Virus record (IMG/VR): IMGVR_UViG_3300037470_000793 | Span: 1-50,209 of that record | Direction: 5' to 3' (one strand) | DNA length: 50,209 nt | DNA from: a virus | Taxonomy: Duplodnaviria > Caudoviricetes | Shown here: positions 1 through 8,261 of the stretch, piece after piece | How positions within the stretch are numbered: the first letter of the stretch is position 1 | How the letters are laid out: every line of letters starts with the position of its first letter | Program-made: the position numbers and the translations under genes | The notes under the pieces: model-generated | Told to the model about the DNA's origin: nothing | The model's input: only the letters and a program-made list of their open reading frames with translations | The model's database searches: none

Positions 1-157
1 CCATCATCGTAGAGCGCAACGAAGCCGGGTTCAGCCCCACCGAGGTCTACCTCTTCGACCACGAAGAGTTCGGCGGCGTCGAGGGGAACAGCGTCGACCG
101 GGCAGAGGACGCGCTGCGCGCGTACCTCGTCGCCTCGTTCGGCGAGAAGAACATCAG
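1..157. repeat. Terminal direct repeat, left copy (circular assembly overlap)
   Basis: 1-157 matches 50053-50209 except position 31 (t) vs 50083 (a). Confidence 0.97.
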
Positions 158-251
158 AAGCATAAAGCGCTCCGGCTCGGCTCATGTCTTCATGATGCAC
201 AAGCCAGCGGCCCCGGCCGTGGTGGTCCGCGTTCCGCTGGTGGTGCAGTGA
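1..251 (+). CDS. 3' part of a hypothetical early protein that spans the junction (starts at 50040)
   Basis: Frame from ATG 50040 (MSIDAIIVERNEAG...) continues through the repeat to TGA 249-251, overlapping the next start. Confidence 0.8.
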   Translation, partial: IIVERNEAGFSPTEVYLFDHEEFGGVEGNSVDRAEDALRAYLVASFGEKNIRSIKRSGSAHVFMMHKPAAPAVVVRVPLVVQ

Positions 252-499
252 TGGAGCAGAAGAGATTCGAGCCGAGGCGCGTCGTCGGTCGCAAGCTGGT
301 GTCCGTCCCGGAGCGACAGGGGCGCGAGGTGGCCACCGTCACGCTGACGACAGGCGAGCTCATGCGCCGTCCGCCTCTCTCCGTTCTGATGGACCAGCAC
401 GGCGTCATGGTCTACGACGAGGGCAGGGCTGGGAACCGCTCGTACTACCCGTGGTCAGCGGTCAGGGAAATCCGCTGGCACTTCGTCGAGGAGGCATGA
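251..499 (+). CDS. Hypothetical protein
   Basis: TGATG coupling with the upstream gene; GC3-rich codons. Confidence 0.75.
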   Translation: MEQKRFEPRRVVGRKLVSVPERQGREVATVTLTTGELMRRPPLSVLMDQHGVMVYDEGRAGNRSYYPWSAVREIRWHFVEEA

Positions 500-702
500 T
501 GATTACGCTCGAGGAGGGGCACAACGTCTTCCGCTTCGGTGGGCTCGAGGACGGCGTCGAGGTCCACGTGGTCGTGACCTGCAAGCGAGAGGACCACCCC
601 ATCGGGGCGGGCGCGCTGCGGGTCGTGGACATCGCGGTCACCGCTCGACCCAAGCCCATCGCTACGGGGTGGCGCGTGCTCGGCAGACGGGAGCAGCGAT
701 GA
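496..702 (+). CDS. Hypothetical protein
   Basis: ATGA overlap; GAGGAGG RBS. Confidence 0.7.
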   Translation: MMITLEEGHNVFRFGGLEDGVEVHVVVTCKREDHPIGAGALRVVDIAVTARPKPIATGWRVLGRREQR

Positions 703-851
703 CCACGATGGACGAGTTCGGATACGCGCAGTGCAAGACCTGCCACGGTGAGCACCTGGCGTTTTCGCTGCTCGATGGCGAGTGCTACTGGTGCCGCGAG
801 GTACTGCGTCACGACCCGCGCGAGTGCTACGATTGCAACCGGGCGGGCTGA
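699..851 (+). CDS. Small Cys-rich (three CxxC) zinc-finger-like protein
   Basis: CKTC, CYWC, CYDC; ATGA overlap. Confidence 0.65.
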   Translation: MTTMDEFGYAQCKTCHGEHLAFSLLDGECYWCREVLRHDPRECYDCNRAG

Positions 852-852
852 G

Positions 853-1101
853 ATGACGTACACCCGTGACTCGCTCGTCGAGCTCCGCGACCGCGTCAAG
901 CGGATGACCGTGGAAGAGCGCGACGCCCTCGCCGACCGTCTCATCGAGGCAGGGGCAGGAGGCGAGGTCTTCGAGTGGATGCACCGCGGCGGTTGGCGTC
1001 CGCGGAGCCAGCGTGAGCCCGACGGCATCGAGGGCGGGACCCTCGACGAGGTGCCGCCGGCGCTGCGCCGAAGCAGAAAGGGGCAGCACCGTGGCCGCTA
1101 G
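853..1101 (+). CDS. Hypothetical protein
   Basis: MTYTRDSLVELRDRV...; tight operon packing. Confidence 0.7.
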   Translation: MTYTRDSLVELRDRVKRMTVEERDALADRLIEAGAGGEVFEWMHRGGWRPRSQREPDGIEGGTLDEVPPALRRSRKGQHRGR

Positions 1102-1288
1102 GTTCAAGCCATACGAGACCGGCACTCACTCGCCGGTGGGAGAGGTAACTGTGCTCAAGGACGTCCGTGAGCTCCTGTTCCTCATCCTGCATGTGCTCAT
1201 CGCCGCACCGGACCCGGGCGGCGAGCTCACCCCAGTGCGGAAGCGCGTCGAGCGCTTCATCGAAGAGAGGATGGTCAACGATGAGTAG
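1091..1288 (+). CDS. Hypothetical protein
   Basis: GTG start after the AAAGGGGCAG motif. Confidence 0.65.
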   Translation: MAARFKPYETGTHSPVGEVTVLKDVRELLFLILHVLIAAPDPGGELTPVRKRVERFIEERMVNDE

Positions 1289-1586
1289 CCGGTACCTTTG
1301 CGACGCGCGTTTGTTCGCGGTCGATTCTCACAACGAGCCCGGTGTGTCGTACCGGGTGGTCATTCCAACGGACACTGGTCTAGTGTGCACGTGCACGTGC
1401 CCGAACTTCCGTTACCACGGAAAGGATGGCCCGTGCAAGCACATCGACGAGGTCCTCGCCATCATGGCGGACGATGGGTACCCCGAGCTGCTCAGGCGTG
1501 GCGGTGGTGTGCCCGTCGATGGTTCCTTAGTGGCTGAGGCTTTCGAAGCTGGCTTCAAGATGGGGCAGAGAGGATTCGTGCACTGA
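1281..1586 (+). CDS. SWIM zinc-finger protein
   Basis: CTCTCPNF...CKHI (CxC...CxH SWIM signature). Confidence 0.85.
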   Translation: MSSRYLCDARLFAVDSHNEPGVSYRVVIPTDTGLVCTCTCPNFRYHGKDGPCKHIDEVLAIMADDGYPELLRRGGGVPVDGSLVAEAFEAGFKMGQRGFVH

Positions 1587-1882
1587 TGCCAGGGCCCGTG
1601 CTGACTCGCGGCCCGGTCCCCGGCGCTTCGTCAGGCGAGCGGTTCTACACGGCCGAGCAGATGGCCAGGCGGGCCGCCGCGTGGGATTCGACCGCGGGTC
1701 GGAGACGAGCTCACGTCACGTACTGGGATGGCACGCTATGGTGGTGCCTGCGAGCAGGGTGTCTCTGGAACACGAGCTCCTACTCGCGGCACGCCGACGG
1801 GGCGGCCGAGTATCACCAGGCAAGAGACGAGACGCTCGAGGAAGCACTCGAGCATGAGCGACGAGCGAAAGGGGCAGCATGA
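1586..1882 (+). CDS. Hypothetical protein (possible C2H2-like Zn site)
   Basis: TGATG coupling; CLRAGC...HQ motif. Confidence 0.65.
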   Translation: MPGPVLTRGPVPGASSGERFYTAEQMARRAAAWDSTAGRRRAHVTYWDGTLWWCLRAGCLWNTSSYSRHADGAAEYHQARDETLEEALEHERRAKGAA

Positions 1883-2055
1883 TGGGAGTCCCGTCAGAGA
1901 AGTTCATGGAGATGGTTAGAGAGGCTCAGTTCTCACTCGACGAGGCCGTCGACTACGCGTACCAGCAGTCGCTCACTCCGTGGCCGGTGGCCGACGAGGA
2001 TGAGATTGACCTGCTTCGCACGGCGCTCAACCTCGTGAAGAGGGTGACACGGTGA
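1879..2055 (+). CDS. Hypothetical protein (58 aa, below the ORF-track cutoff)
   Basis: MMGVPSEKFMEMVREAQF...; ATGA and GTGA overlaps at both ends. Confidence 0.7.
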   Translation: MMGVPSEKFMEMVREAQFSLDEAVDYAYQQSLTPWPVADEDEIDLLRTALNLVKRVTR

Positions 2056-2603
2056 AGCAGGACGACATCCGCCAGTGGTACGAGGCGCACGGCATGGAGT
2101 ACGTCGCTGAGGACTGGGGCAGCCGCTCGGATACGGGCGAGAGCACGGGGCGGGCGCCAGACGTTCGAGAGCGCCCGCACTCCGGCCGCGTCGCGTCGTA
2201 CGACGGGAAGGCGTTCGAACAGATGGAGGACCTGGGCCTCGTCGGATTCCTCTGGACGCAGCGTGAGGACCACGACACGCTGGATGCCCTCGAGGAGTTC
2301 TTCACGCCCTACCTCGCGACCATGCCGCACGCGAAGCGGCGCCTCATCGACGGATACATCTACAACCGGCGGAGCCAGGCCCGCCTTGCTGAGACCCTGG
2401 GGGTTTCTCAGCAGGCTGTGTCGAAGCGGCTCGCGGCCGCGCTGCGGTGGCTCGTGAAGACCATCGCGGATGAGCAGCGCTTCCTGGCCGAGGTGGCCGG
2501 GGACTACGAGACCATGAGCGCGGAGGACGAGGAGCTCGCATGGCACTCGTTCAACACGTTCTGGGAAGGGAGGTTCGGTACACCATGGCCACTGCGGGGA
2601 TGA
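2052..2603 (+). CDS. Sigma-70 region-4-like HTH transcription regulator
   Basis: MPHAKRRLIDGYIYNRRSQARLAETLGVSQQAVSKRLAAALRWL resembles a sigma r4 HTH. Confidence 0.75.
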   Translation: MKQDDIRQWYEAHGMEYVAEDWGSRSDTGESTGRAPDVRERPHSGRVASYDGKAFEQMEDLGLVGFLWTQREDHDTLDALEEFFTPYLATMPHAKRRLIDGYIYNRRSQARLAETLGVSQQAVSKRLAAALRWLVKTIADEQRFLAEVAGDYETMSAEDEELAWHSFNTFWEGRFGTPWPLRG

Positions 2604-3514
2604 CCCAACCGTACTGTGAGCTCCACGACAAGGGGCACCACACACACCTGCATGACGAGATAGCGCGGCTGCGTGCAGTGGAACAGCACGTTGAGTGGCT
2701 TGAGAGCCAGAACGTGAAGTTTCGCGCCGAGGTCAAGCGGCTGCAAGAAGAAGCAAACGAGAGGTCTGGCTATCTGACCGAGCAATACAACCTAAACGCG
2801 GCCTTGGTCGAGAAGGTAGGGCAGTTGCAAGCTGAGTACGACAAGGTCTTCGACCTGTGGCAGGACAAGGGCGACGAGGTCGAGCGGCTACGGGCGCAAC
2901 TGACCGAGGTCAATCAGCGCTTCGGTACGCAGTACCGCGACAAGGTGGAGGAGGTCGAGCGGCTGCAGAAGAACGAGACGATGCTGGTCGAGACGGCGAA
3001 GAACAGGCTGGCCGAGGTCGAGCGGCTGCGGGCGGAAGTTGAAAACATGGAGCGCGTCGTCGGTCTCGCCCAGCGAGAGTACGCGGACCTGCAGCACGAA
3101 CGTGACACCTACCGCGCGGCCGCGATGGGTGAGGAGAACCTCCGCAAGGAAGTAGAGGCCAATGTCAAGTGGCTGCAGACCGCGTTGGCCGCTGAGACCG
3201 CGGACAAGTTCAAGCACATCGCCGAGGTCAAGCGGCTGAACTACGAACTAGGCGTTGTGGACTACCCGGGCAAAGGTGCTCTCGTCGAGACCAACGAGCG
3301 GCTGCGGAAGAGACTCGACGCCGCCAACAGCGTGTGGCAAGACGAAGAGGCCGCGCTACTGCGGATACGAGACGGTGTCGAGAAGTTCGTCGCCGACTTC
3401 GTCAAGTCGAAGCCGCGTTCCTCCAACACCGTGTCAGCGCTTCGTCACCGCGAACTCGTGGACTGGGCGAAGCGCGACCTTGAGCGAATCCTCGAAGGGA
3501 GCAGCGATGAATGA
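2600..3514 (+). CDS. Coiled-coil protein with internal EV(E/K)RL repeats
   Basis: Five EV(E/K)RL repeats; heptad-rich. Confidence 0.8.
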   Translation: MTQPYCELHDKGHHTHLHDEIARLRAVEQHVEWLESQNVKFRAEVKRLQEEANERSGYLTEQYNLNAALVEKVGQLQAEYDKVFDLWQDKGDEVERLRAQLTEVNQRFGTQYRDKVEEVERLQKNETMLVETAKNRLAEVERLRAEVENMERVVGLAQREYADLQHERDTYRAAAMGEENLRKEVEANVKWLQTALAAETADKFKHIAEVKRLNYELGVVDYPGKGALVETNERLRKRLDAANSVWQDEEAALLRIRDGVEKFVADFVKSKPRSSNTVSALRHRELVDWAKRDLERILEGSSDE

Positions 3515-3752
3515 GGACCGTGACTACGATGCCGGCGGACTCGTTGGCAAGGCGGGAGTGACGAGAGAGGACCAGCTCGAACACCCGGCCAACTTCGTGT
3601 CCAATGGGAAGCTGTACCTCGTGCGGTGCGTGGCCTGCTCGTACAGCGAAAACGGCCGAGCCCGAGAGAACTGGGGCCCGGCCGTCGCGGCGGGTGTGTG
3701 CGCGTGGTGCGGTTGGGGCTCTACCCCATCAGAACTCCCGGCAGAATCCTAG
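3507..3752 (+). CDS. Zinc-ribbon hypothetical protein
   Basis: CVAC...CAWC; last gene of the rightward early operon. Confidence 0.7.
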   Translation: MNEDRDYDAGGLVGKAGVTREDQLEHPANFVSNGKLYLVRCVACSYSENGRARENWGPAVAAGVCAWCGWGSTPSELPAES

Positions 3753-3906
3753 AGCACACCGGGCACTGCCGGTACCACGACTCGCGGTGGGAGAAGTGCG
3801 GATTCGGCTGCTTCATTCCGTACTTCTCCCACGTCTCTCCCTCGTCGAGGTCGTGGGCGACCACCGCTTCGTCGGCGTCCGCTGGGCGGTAGGATGTCGT
3901 GCGCAT
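3721..3906 (-). CDS. Hypothetical protein
   Basis: TGATG coupling; H...CPVC motif. Confidence 0.6.
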   Translation of the reverse strand: MRTTSYRPADADEAVVAHDLDEGETWEKYGMKQPNPHFSHRESWYRQCPVCSRILPGVLMG

Positions 3907-4142
3907 CAGATGTACTCCCCGTTCACGTACATCGTGCCAGGGTCGCGGTCGCCGTAGTGGACGTCGTTCTCGACGGCCGTGACGGCGCCGCTGATGTCAT
4001 CCTCGTCCTTGATGATGGTGCGCGCGGACTTCGGGTCGTCAAGCTTCGCGAGCAGCACCTCGAGGTTGCGCCGCGTCAGCTCGATGCGAACGATGGGGCG
4101 CCCCCCGGTACGCTCGCCGTCAGAGAGCAACTGCACCTTCAT
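3906..4142 (-). CDS. Hypothetical protein
   Basis: MKVQLLSDG...IELTRRNLEVLLAKLDDP; ATGA overlap. Confidence 0.75.
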   Translation of the reverse strand: MKVQLLSDGERTGGRPIVRIELTRRNLEVLLAKLDDPKSARTIIKDEDDISGAVTAVENDVHYGDRDPGTMYVNGEYI

Positions 4143-4543
4143 GCCTTGTCCTCCTTCGTCGCCCACTCGAGCCACTTCACGGCGTTGGCCGCCAGCTTGT
4201 CGGTGGACATCTTGTCGACGAACGGTATCTCGCCGTTCCAGTGCATCGGCCCGACCTCGACCTTCTTCTCGTCACCCCACACGACCCACACGTCGATGCT
4301 CTTCGGGCCGCGCACCAGGTTCTTGAGCATGATGCGCTGACCCATCGGGAGCGACGCGCCGGCGGGCTTGTACTCCATGAAGAGGAAGCGCCCGTTGCGC
4401 TCAAGCACCGAGTCCAGGTCGCTCGGCGCCACGCGTCCAGGCAGGTACGGCGTGAGCCAGCGGTAGTCCCGCAGCCCGAGGCCGACGGCCTGCTCTACGG
4501 GCGTGCCACAGGTCGGACAACCGCGGAGCGGTGCGTTCGCCAT
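4139..4543 (-). CDS. PD-(D/E)xK restriction-endonuclease-fold protein
   Basis: SDLDSVLERNGRFLFMEYK (D...ExK) with N-terminal CPTC. Confidence 0.65.
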   Translation of the reverse strand: MANAPLRGCPTCGTPVEQAVGLGLRDYRWLTPYLPGRVAPSDLDSVLERNGRFLFMEYKPAGASLPMGQRIMLKNLVRGPKSIDVWVVWGDEKKVEVGPMHWNGEIPFVDKMSTDKLAANAVKWLEWATKEDKA

Positions 4544-4692
4544 CAGACCTTCCTCTCGTAACGAACCTGCAGCAGGGCCGCCAGCGCAGTCACGTACCAC
4601 GGTGCGTTGAAGCCGATGAACACGAGCAGGCCTACACGCACGAGTCCCCAGAAGAGACCCCAGCCCGCGGGTGTCGTGACTGTCAGCTTCAT
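4543..4692 (-). CDS. Small membrane protein (49 aa)
   Basis: MKLTVTTPAGWGLFWGLVRVGLLVFIGFNAPWYVTALAALLQ...; coupled at both ends. Confidence 0.65.
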   Translation of the reverse strand: MKLTVTTPAGWGLFWGLVRVGLLVFIGFNAPWYVTALAALLQVRYERKV

Positions 4693-5000
4693 CAGGCCTC
4701 CGCTCGGTGCACGTAGATGCGGATGCCGCCGGTCTCTCGATTGAACTCAAGGTCGAAGCCGAGGCGGAAGTGCCCGGCCGCGGCCTCCTCTTTCGTGATG
4801 ACGAGGGCGCCGCCGAGTCGGTCGATGGCGAACGCGAGCAGCGTCATCGCTTCCTGTGTCTGCGGCGTGAAGAGGTCCGACGCAGCGACCTCAGAGTACT
4901 CGCGCCCAGCGAGTCGTTCTTTCGCGGTCGGCTCTTCGGGAGCGCCGGCCGAGTCGAAGAGCTCTGCGCCCCAGTCGTCGTCGAGCGGGCCCTCAGGCAT
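4692..5000 (-). CDS. Hypothetical protein
   Basis: Acidic N-terminus; tight operon packing. Confidence 0.75.
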   Translation of the reverse strand: MPEGPLDDDWGAELFDSAGAPEEPTAKERLAGREYSEVAASDLFTPQTQEAMTLLAFAIDRLGGALVITKEEAAAGHFRLGFDLEFNRETGGIRIYVHRAEA

Positions 5001-5184
5001 CCGTTGCCGCCTTGCCCTCGAGAGCGTCTGCGATGCGCGCGAGGTTGCTGGCGATTTCGTTGAGTATCAACAGACGCGCGACAGGCAGCGGCGCCGGCGA
5101 GTTGTTCACGTTCACCATCACGTTCATCTCGTTCGGCGCGCCCACCTGTGGCAGGTCGCCCGGTGTCAGCAGCTTTCCACCCAT
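4993..5184 (-). CDS. Hypothetical protein
   Basis: MGGKLLTPGD...LARIADALE; RBS upstream. Confidence 0.65.
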   Translation of the reverse strand: MGGKLLTPGDLPQVGAPNEMNVMVNVNNSPAPLPVARLLILNEIASNLARIADALEGKAATDA

Positions 5185-5185
5185 G

Positions 5186-7255
5186 TCACACCTTCCTCGC
5201 TTCGTCCTCGAGGAGCTCGATGGCCGAGCCCTCGCCCTTCTGCGACCAGTTGTCGCACACGTACGGCTCGAAGATGAGCGGCACGCGCAAGTCGAACCCG
5301 TGGCCTTTCTCCATGCACCACTGCAGAACCTTGAGCTCCTGCGCGTTCGGCGCTCGCAGCAGCCACTCCCAGATGGCCTCGTCGTGAATCTGCGCGAGGG
5401 TGCGCAGCCGGCCACGGAGCAGCGCTTGCTTCGAAACCGCCAGCATGCCACGGCGGATGACGTCGGCCGCGCTCCCCTGGATGATGGAGTTGACCGCCTG
5501 GCGCTCACCGTACTGCCACGCCTTCCACGACGCGAGCTCTTCGAACGAGCCCTTGAGGTGGCGCGTGCGGCCGGACAGCGTCTCGACGTGACCGGTGTCC
5601 TTCGCGCGGAACTTCGTGCGGTCGCCCCACTGGAAGAACTTGCGGTAGAACCCCTGCACTTCCTTGAGGTACGCCTTCGCGTCGCCCGGCGACGTCGGGT
5701 AGCCCTCGACCGAGAGCACCTGCGCCAACTTCTTCGGGCCGGCGCCATATCCCACGCCGTAGTTCACCGTCTTGCCGATGCTCCGGCGAGGGTCGTCGTG
5801 GTCAACCTCGACGCCGAACAGCGCGTACGCTGTCCGTACGTGCGGGTCAAGGCCCTGCTCGAAGATGCGGATGAGCTCGGGGTCACCCGACCAGTGCGCC
5901 ATGAGGCGCATCTCGAGCGCGTCGTAGTCGCCGATGACGAAGTTGCCGGCGAAGAGCGCGCGCACCTTGTCGCCCCACTCGTGGCGGGACGGGATGTTCT
6001 GCAGGTTCGGGTCGGACGAGGACAGCCGGCCGGTGACCGTGCCGCCCTGGTTGTAGCGCCCGTGGATACGCGTGGTGACAGAGGCCTGGGAGGTCGAGGG
6101 GCGGTCCCCATCCTCTCCGAGTGCCCTGTCCGCCGGGGAGCCGGCCTCTGCCACCACGGCTACCCGCGGGAACTTCTCGAGGTACGTGCCGAGCAGCTTG
6201 TCGAGGCGCCGGTACACGAGCGTGAGCTCGTTGACCCACGCGTCGGCGCCGTGCTGGTACAGCAGGTCCGGCGTCGCCGTGCTCGGGTGCTTCCCTTCCT
6301 GTATCTCACCGTTCGGCAGCTTGCGCTTTGTCGGTGGGGTTTTCACCAGCCCGCGGCCGCGCAGCACCCACATGCCGTGGATGTAGAGCCGGCCGACCTT
6401 GCCCACCTCGAAGTTCTTCGGGACCCAGCCCTCGTCCTTCACGTAGGCAGGGCGTTCCAGCTTCGGCACCGCTTTGAGCTCGGCGCGCTGCTCGTCGGTC
6501 AGAGTGAACGTGCCCTTCACCTGGAACCACCGCGAGAAGAGGTAGTCCGAGAGCTGGTCCGGGCTGTTCAGGTTGAAGTCATCGGGCAGGCGCGCGACGC
6601 GGTGCAGGTGCTCTTCCGCCTTGTCGCGCTGCTCAGCGAGCTCCGTTGCGAGCACCGCCGTGGAGTCGAGGTCGATGGGTAGACCGTTGCGCTCCATCTC
6701 GATGCAGATGCTCGTGTACGGCGCCTCTTCCTCGAGGAAGTAGCTGAGCTGCTCCGTCTCGATGAGCGCCCGCCCGAGCTCACGGTACAGCATGACGAGC
6801 GCGTCGACGTCGCGGAGGCAGTAGGCGATGAACGCATCCTGCACGTAGCAGGGCCAGGAGTGGTACATCGCGAGGTCCCACACGGTGCCGTCGTCGTGGG
6901 TGAACAGCACGCGGTTGTCTGACGGCTTGAGCCGCTTGTCCATCTCGACGCCGCAGTAGTGCGCGAGCAGCCACTCGAGGTCGAGGGGCGTGTTCTCGTT
7001 GACGCACCACGCCATCACCCGGGTGTCATGCCACGGGCCATCGTGCAGCACCCACGCCGCGTCGTAGATGGTGTGTGAGACCTTGGTGATTCCGGGGTCG
7101 TCCAGGTATCCCTGCAGTTCGTACCCGGGCTGGCCGAGGTCCATGTGGTGCTGGCCGTCGAACCACCAGCCCGTCATGAGCAGCTCAGTGCCGGGCAGCC
7201 TCGGGTTGTTCCCGATGGTCTCAACGTCGAGCAGCAGCACCTTGCCGTCGTTCAC
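5186..7255 (-). CDS. polA: Family A DNA polymerase with 3'-5' exonuclease domain
   Basis: ExoI LDVET, ExoIII YCLRD, TGRLSSSDPNLQNIP, motif A DYDALEMR, motif B KTVNYGVGYG, motif C IHDE. Confidence 0.97.
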   Translation of the reverse strand: MNDGKVLLLDVETIGNNPRLPGTELLMTGWWFDGQHHMDLGQPGYELQGYLDDPGITKVSHTIYDAAWVLHDGPWHDTRVMAWCVNENTPLDLEWLLAHYCGVEMDKRLKPSDNRVLFTHDDGTVWDLAMYHSWPCYVQDAFIAYCLRDVDALVMLYRELGRALIETEQLSYFLEEEAPYTSICIEMERNGLPIDLDSTAVLATELAEQRDKAEEHLHRVARLPDDFNLNSPDQLSDYLFSRWFQVKGTFTLTDEQRAELKAVPKLERPAYVKDEGWVPKNFEVGKVGRLYIHGMWVLRGRGLVKTPPTKRKLPNGEIQEGKHPSTATPDLLYQHGADAWVNELTLVYRRLDKLLGTYLEKFPRVAVVAEAGSPADRALGEDGDRPSTSQASVTTRIHGRYNQGGTVTGRLSSSDPNLQNIPSRHEWGDKVRALFAGNFVIGDYDALEMRLMAHWSGDPELIRIFEQGLDPHVRTAYALFGVEVDHDDPRRSIGKTVNYGVGYGAGPKKLAQVLSVEGYPTSPGDAKAYLKEVQGFYRKFFQWGDRTKFRAKDTGHVETLSGRTRHLKGSFEELASWKAWQYGERQAVNSIIQGSAADVIRRGMLAVSKQALLRGRLRTLAQIHDEAIWEWLLRAPNAQELKVLQWCMEKGHGFDLRVPLIFEPYVCDNWSQKGEGSAIELLEDEARKV

Positions 7256-7593
7256 GGAGTGACCACCACGAACGGCTTCACCATCGCGCGGGCGTGGTCG
7301 ATGGCGTTCTTCGTACCGCGGCTCTGCCCGTCCCAGAACGCAACGAGTAGGTCCACGGACTCGACGAGCTGGGCGTTTCGGAGCATGCCCGCCCGCCGGC
7401 CATACGTGTCCCAGTCCGCCTTCATGACATCGAGGCCCAGCCCGTGCCGGCGCGCAGATGCCTCAGCCGCGCGGTCGACGCCCCGAGCGCCGCCAGACAC
7501 GACGGTGTACCCCACGGGGGGGAGCTCCGCGACGTACCGCTCAACCTGGTCGAGGTTCGGGTAGTCGCGGCTGCCAACGATGCCAACGCGCAT
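7252..7593 (-). CDS. YspA/DUF2493-like SLOG family protein
   Basis: VGIVGSRDY...VVSGGARGVD...AGMLRN...AFWDGQSRGT. Confidence 0.9.
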   Translation of the reverse strand: MRVGIVGSRDYPNLDQVERYVAELPPVGYTVVSGGARGVDRAAEASARRHGLGLDVMKADWDTYGRRAGMLRNAQLVESVDLLVAFWDGQSRGTKNAIDHARAMVKPFVVVTP

Positions 7594-8261
7594 CAGCGCA
7601 CCTCGTCGAAGAACCCGAGCCGCCACGCGTCGGGCGCCGGCAGCCACCAGTCCTTGTCGCGAGAGCGGCGCGCGACCTCAGCAGCCGAGAGCGTCGAGCG
7701 CTCGGCGATGATGGCGCAGAGCTGTTTGTGGAGCTCTTCGAGCAGCTTGGCCTCTCGCTTGATGTCGCCAGCCTTGCCGAGGATGAACGATGCCGGCTCG
7801 TGAATCATGTACCACGAGTTGCGCGACGCGATGCGGATGTCCCCGGCCTGCGCCAGCACCGAGCCCATCGACGCAGCCAGGCCCTTGACCTTGACCGTCA
7901 CCTCGATGCCGTCGGCCCGCATCTCTTGGAGGATGTCGAACAGCAGGAGGCCGAAGAACACGTCGCCCCCCGGGCTGTTGAGCACGACGGTGATGGGGTC
8001 CAGCGACGCGGCGCGGAGGTCCCGCAGGTACTCGACAGCGTCGTTCACTTCTTCCTGCTCGACCTCCCCCGAAAACACCAGGGTGCGTGACTGCACGATG
8101 GCCTCGCGGCGAAGCAAGATGCGGTTCTCGAGGTCGAGGTTCTTCTTCTCGACGACGAACTTCGCGCGCTCTGCCTTCTCGTTCTCGGTGGCTGCGATGA
8201 ACCACAGCCGCTCAGCCTCGTTGTTCGATGGACCTGACCGGGCCGGCGTCCTCGTCGCCAT
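7593..8261 (-). CDS. clpP: ClpP-like serine protease with N-terminal extension
   Basis: LNSPGGDV, GLAASMGS (Ser), MIHEP (His), DKDWWL (Asp), GFFDEV. Confidence 0.92.
   Translation of the reverse strand: MATRTPARSGPSNNEAERLWFIAATENEKAERAKFVVEKKNLDLENRILLRREAIVQSRTLVFSGEVEQEEVNDAVEYLRDLRAASLDPITVVLNSPGGDVFFGLLLFDILQEMRADGIEVTVKVKGLAASMGSVLAQAGDIRIASRNSWYMIHEPASFILGKAGDIKREAKLLEELHKQLCAIIAERSTLSAAEVARRSRDKDWWLPAPDAWRLGFFDEVR

Noticed and set aside
2118-2190. Hairpins in the 5' part of the sigma-like gene, similar to the polA insert
   Set aside because: Stems of only 6-8 bp in very GC-rich DNA; compatible with chance.
7593-8261. ClpP as the prohead protease
   Set aside because: Far from the head genes, inside the replication operon, and a separate scaffold exists; unlikely though not excluded.
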